27,144 nt of DNA from the NCBI GenBank assembly GCA_013239625.1, contig MU053645.1, positions 1,914,274 to 1,941,417 of the forward strand, read 5' to 3'. Under the pieces are notes generated by a model. It was not told where the DNA came from, made no database searches, and worked only from the letters and a program-made list of their open reading frames with translations. Source of the stretch: Lama guanicoe. Lineage: Eukaryota. The position numbers and the translations under genes are program-made. Positions 23,045-27,144 of this stretch are shown piece by piece (positions within the stretch are counted from its first letter, which is position 1; each line of letters begins with the position of its first letter).

Positions 23045-23095
23045 CCAATCAGATCTGCAGATTGGCCGTGACGTCAGGCAAGGCAGCCTTTATAA
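23045..23095 (+). promoter_or_regulatory. H2B.W core promoter: CCAAT (23045-49), inverted CCAAT (23061-65), full CRE TGACGTCA (23069-76), TATAA (23091-95)
   Basis: Motifs read directly; the TATA box ends about 64 nt upstream of the ATG. Confidence 0.85.
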
Positions 23096-23158
23096 GCCGG
23101 TCCTCGCAGCTGCCTCTGCCTTTCCTTCTGAGCTGTGGGGAAGGCGAGACACTCCGAC

Positions 23159-23587
23159 ATGGCTGAGCCGTGGTCTTCCCGCACTTCGGAGGAGATCGTG
23201 GACACCGAGGAGCGCAAAGAAGCCGAGTCCAAGAGCCCAGAGCAGAAGACGCCGAAGCAGGAGACACCCGTGCGCCGCCAACGCCGCCGCCGCCGCCCAG
23301 CAGACAGCTTCGCCAGTTTCGCCACTTACTTCCGCAGGGTGCTGAAGCGGGTGCACACAGGCCTGAGCCTCTCGCGGGAGGCCGTGAGCGTCATGGATTC
23401 GTTCGTTAAGGACATCTTCGAGCGCATCGCCAGCGAGGCCGCGCGCCTGGCCCGCTCCAAAAACCGCGTCACCATCACCTACGAAGACATCCAGAGCTCG
23501 GTGTGCCTGCTGCTGCCTGGGAAGTTCGGCAAGTCTGCCGTGTCCGAGGGCACTAACGCTCTCATCAAGTACATCTTGTGCGAATGA
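23159..23587 (+). CDS. H2BW2: Germline histone variant H2B.W (H2BFM/H2BFWT family), 142 aa, intronless
   Basis: ATG 23159 in good Kozak context (gacATGG); the track start 23135 is a GTG. Histone fold 'FATYFRRVLKRVHTGLSLSREAVSVMDSFVKDIFERIASEAARLAR...LLLPGKFGKSAVSEGTNA' and N-tail 'MAEP..TSEE..E.KEA.S' with an Arg cluster are diagnostic of H2B.W. One-to-one orthology with human H2BW1 or H2BW2 is not established; the symbol indicates closest resemblance. Confidence 0.9.
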   Translation: MAEPWSSRTSEEIVDTEERKEAESKSPEQKTPKQETPVRRQRRRRRPADSFASFATYFRRVLKRVHTGLSLSREAVSVMDSFVKDIFERIASEAARLARSKNRVTITYEDIQSSVCLLLPGKFGKSAVSEGTNALIKYILCE

Positions 23588-23622
23588 GCTGCCTCAGGAC
23601 CACCTGAGCATCGCAAGCCAAA

Positions 23623-23638
23623 GGCTCTTTTCAGAGCC
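23623..23638 (+). terminator. Histone mRNA 3' stem-loop (SLBP site), followed by a candidate U7-binding HDE at about 23650-23663
   Basis: CCAAA-GGCTCTTTTCAGAGCC-ACTCA is the canonical motif; downstream 'gggaacagacctgt' resembles the AAAGAGCTGT consensus. Confidence 0.95.
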
Positions 23639-23869
23639 ACTCACTTGGCGGGAACAGACCTGTAGCGCTGACAAGTCCGAGCCACTCTGGTTTGTCGACC
23701 AGTGACACTCTGACCATCTTTAAAGCGTTTCTTCCCTGAGGGAAACATTATGAACCTTATCAACTCCACTTGAGTGTACGTCTGTAGAGCCATGGGTTCC
23801 ATGGAAACCCGTGCATTTTTCTTCACCATACTGCACGTCCTCCCTTCCGAAATGGTCGTTTCTATTAGT

Positions 23870-26430
23870 TATATTTCTAGGTCAGCCTTTTTAGGGATCT
23901 TTACTGCCAAAGTTATCTCCCTAACAACTTAATTTGCCTTTTTATGTTGTCATTCTTCCCCGTGGATATAGCAGTATCATCCGGGATTTTTAATGTGTGA
24001 AATAGGGACAGACAAACTACAGTAGCAGATACAAAAATCAAACTTGCCCTTTCACACTCCTTCAACATATTTCAAATCTCAATGCCATTCAATACATGAC
24101 ATTATAGGACCCAAACACACTGCCAAAAGAGATAAAGCAAATTTTCTAGACTCACTGGGTGACTCAAGCGCCATACCTTTGGAAATTTCTCTTCTACCTA
24201 ATTTATAATGATCTGAGTCTATTTTTCTGCAGCCTGTAACTTTTCACTTTTGAAGTAAAAGTCTTGACTGAACTGCAATTTTGCACGGATGCTGGGAGCG
24301 TCCGATGAGACCGGCTGCAACCACAGTCTCCACTAGCAGCAGCCAGTGAGGGACTCGCACCACTTGGGGGCACAGCAATTGGCCCAAAGTGTGGTGGGGT
24401 GACCAGGACCGAACTTATAAGAGGCTTCCTGTCATACTCGGCCTGCAGATTAAGGGAGAAGGAGGTGTGATAGTGTCCCTGAAGGTTTTCCTTCAACGAC
24501 TTGCATTTAACCATGGGGATTTAAGTCTAGGCCTCCCGATCTGGTAGTGAGACATGTCTCTATCTCCTGGCATCAAAATAAGAGGGGGATGTTGGCCAGT
24601 TAAGCAAACTAAGATGCCTCCTTCCTCGACCTCAGGTGATTTCAGTGTTCATGCCTATGATGATATTAATTTAATTTAATATGCATTATGTTTTCTTCCT
24701 GGTGCATTGTCTTCTTTTTCTTTCGTTTCTCTGTAGGAATGTTGCTGAATTTCAAAGTACTCAGTGATTTTCCAATTCCTTTCCTTTTAATTTAATTTCT
24801 AGCTTCCTACATTGGTGGAGGGAGCACCCACTCTGGGATTTCAATCCTTTGAAACTTACTGTGGGTTTTCATTAGAACTCAGGGTGTCATCATATTTTAA
24901 AGGGCTCATTTTGCACCTTGTAATTGCACGACAAGGAAAAGCTGAACAGCACAGGGAAATATTGTCATTATTTTGCAGAAATTTTAAACACAGTGTCATC
25001 TATAAAACTGTTAAATCACTATGTTGTAAATCCAAAACCAATATATAATATTGTCACAACTATGCTTCAATAAATATGTTTTTTTTAAAAAACTTTTCAG
25101 TACCTTTTGATTTGGATGTAGGAAGCTGTGAAGAACATCACTCTCAGTCAAATCATGAGCTAAAACCTAGAGAAACTACAGAAATCCAACTTTTTCTTGA
25201 ACCCAGATTTAGTGCTTTCTCTAGGTCAGCATTTATGGCGTTCTGTAAGGTTGAAATTAGCTTTGTATCACTTTCATTTCCCATTTCCTTCTCCTTCTCC
25301 CGCGAGTGCACTATGGACAATTTCAGAAGAATTTTGTGTGTGATATGCACTAGATAGATGAAGCGAAGGAGCAGACACAGCCATCAACTACCCCTGTTAT
25401 ATTTTTCAAAGTATCCCAGTTTAAGCATACATTGAACTATACAAATTGGGACTGGTGGTCAGTACAGAAATTGCAAAACAGAAGTATTCAGACACATTTG
25501 ACTTTTCTAAGTCCCTGGTGTTTGAAATTACTTTTCAAGTCCTTTCGGAGGTAGCCAGTCAATTCTTCTCAGGCAGACAATCTTTTGATATTTTAAAACA
25601 CACATTTTTCCTGACCGGCAATTTTAGATCCATTGAAGAGTGTCCAGTGAGAGCAGCTCAAGCTCCTGGCTCCGCTGTTCCAGACAATGGGGGACTGGCA
25701 GCCTGTGAGCCACAGTCATTGGCTCAAAGTGTGGTCCAGTGAGCAGAGCTGAACACATCACACCCTTTCTATAAAAATCAGCCTAGGGATTAAAGTGGTG
25801 GGGGATCTGTGGCAATTTGCCTGTTCTTTTTGGTTCCTTACTTAGATTGAACCCTGGGGATTTCAGGACGTGAATCCAGGCAGATCCTGTGTTCAGCGTT
25901 GGTATCAATTTAGAGCAGGATTAGGAGCAACATCAGAAGAAACATGTCCCCTTTGCCCTCCAGTGGTTTGAATGTTCATACTCATGTTTGGATGCATCTA
26001 TTTCTTTTCCATCGTTTTTTCTTCATGGCCCATGAAGATTCCTTTTCCATTTTCATTGGTGTCATTTTTCTATAAATGTATTGCTGAATTTCAAAGAAGT
26101 TGCCGGTTTTCTATTACTTTTCTTCTTAGACAGATTTCTAGCTTGCAGAATCTGTGGAGAGAGAACACACTGTGGGATTTCAGTCCTCTGCAATGTATCA
26201 TGGTTTGCCCTAAAGCCCAGTATTTCATCGTGATGGTTAAGTGTTTCATGTGGGCATTGAAAATGACATGTAGTTATAACCCTTTTGACTAGGATGTAGA
26301 AATTTATTAAGTGTGGTTGTCTCTCAGCTAGATAAGGAGACAACAGCTATATGAACTAGGAAATTCAAAACGATTCTTGGGCCCATGCCTCAGAGAGACC
26401 AAAAACAAAGTATTCTACCTTGGACAGAGC
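23870..26430 (-). repeat. Diverged ~1.34-kb tandem duplication containing old antisense L1 ORF2 sequence
   Basis: Collinear anchors at offset 1339-1346 (see findings). The minus ORF 26062-26343 'FQCPHETLNHHDEILGFRANHDTLQRTEIPQCVLS...LKFSNTF' resembles the end of the L1 endonuclease domain (FSSAHGTFSRIDHILGHK...WKLNNTL). Confidence 0.75.
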
Positions 26431-27144
26431 TCAAGCATAAAACTGGGGGCAGGACAGGACACTAGAGAGATTTCACCAAGTATCGCATGCATGAAGGGGC
26501 CAATATTACATCCAGGGCTCTTCCTGAGATCAAGAGAATGGGGATTAAGGCAAATAAGCCCCCTCAAGAGGTTCACTGCGTAGTATAATCCTGGAGTGCT
26601 GAAAAGTAATATAAAAGGATTTGGGGAAAAGAGCTTGTTGTACAAGTTGTCATTAAAATCTACCACAACATCAAGAGCTTACGTTTTTAGGTAGCAACTC
26701 TAAATTGGTGTACACACTGGGTAAAACTCCTGAAGTCAAAACACCTTGCAGAGCCAAATGCATTTTCCGAGAAATACGTGTGGATTAGATAGAAAGGAGC
26801 TGACTTCAGAAAAATCACTAAATTTCTATCGTGCCAATGGTTGTGGCTTCAAAATCCAGGTATTCTTTTCAATATGACGCTAAGATGTACCACCAGTCAT
26901 TTTTGCATGCTGCTCCCTAAGCTATCTTATCACGTAAGAAGTAACTCTAAGAAATCTAACACATCAGGGTACTGTAATCTTGCTTTGAGGGGGATATGTT
27001 TGTAAATTCAGAAATAAGAGCGTTAGTGAAACACGGTACCAATGCTGCATAATGGGCCAAAGTTGTGGCTTAGAAGCTACCAGTCCACCACTGGTTGAAT
27101 CAGTGCAGAATAGGACCTGAGCTGTTCTCACTGGGTATTTGCAT

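Larger units (their letters stand above)
22560..23700. promoter_or_regulatory. CpG island spanning the H2B.W upstream region and gene body
   Basis: Abrupt switch from AT-rich to CpG-dense sequence at about 22560, returning at about 23700. Confidence 0.8.

Noticed and set aside
22998..23409. Alternative-frame and antisense ORFs over H2B.W, and the ORF-track start at 23135
   Set aside because: By-products of high GC. 23135 is a GTG; the homologous start is ATG 23159.
24203..26666. Several ORFs considered as exons of a further gene such as TCP11X or NXF
   Set aside because: No convincing similarity to those families. At least one (26062-26343) is a decayed L1 ORF2 frame within the tandem duplication.
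27137..27144. Perfect octamer ATTTGCAT at the window edge
   Set aside because: About 4 kb downstream of the H2B.W promoter with no visible context; an 8-mer is expected by chance in 27 kb.

Overview
Mammalian genomic DNA, very probably camelid (it carries a Vic-1-type tRNA-derived SINE), from the eutherian Xq22.1-like ARMCX/GPRASP-TMSB15 region. Three genes are present. (1) ARMCX5 on the minus strand has a single coding exon. Its ancestral ATG (7399) is 1 nt out of frame with the main ORF, so this is either an assembly indel or a real N-terminal frameshift with reinitiation at 7184. (2) A three-exon thymosin beta-15 gene (TMSB15A by position) lies on the plus strand, divergent from ARMCX5. 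(3) An intact, intronless germline histone variant H2B.W (H2BFM/H2BFWT family, 142 aa) has a CCAAT/CRE/TATA promoter and a perfect replication-dependent 3' stem-loop. The most notable observations are: an H2B.W copy beside the ARMCX5-linked TMSB15 gene; a tandemly duplicated 32-bp cassette of nuclear-receptor half-sites (DR5/DR1 RARE-like plus NBRE) upstream of H2B.W; a cryptic, diverged ~1.34-kb tandem repeat built partly from old L1 sequence downstream of H2B.W; and a twin-primed (5'-inverted) L1 with target-site duplications. The rest is L1/L2/MIR/LTR/MaLR relics. Repeat subfamily names and human comparisons come from recall, not from searches.
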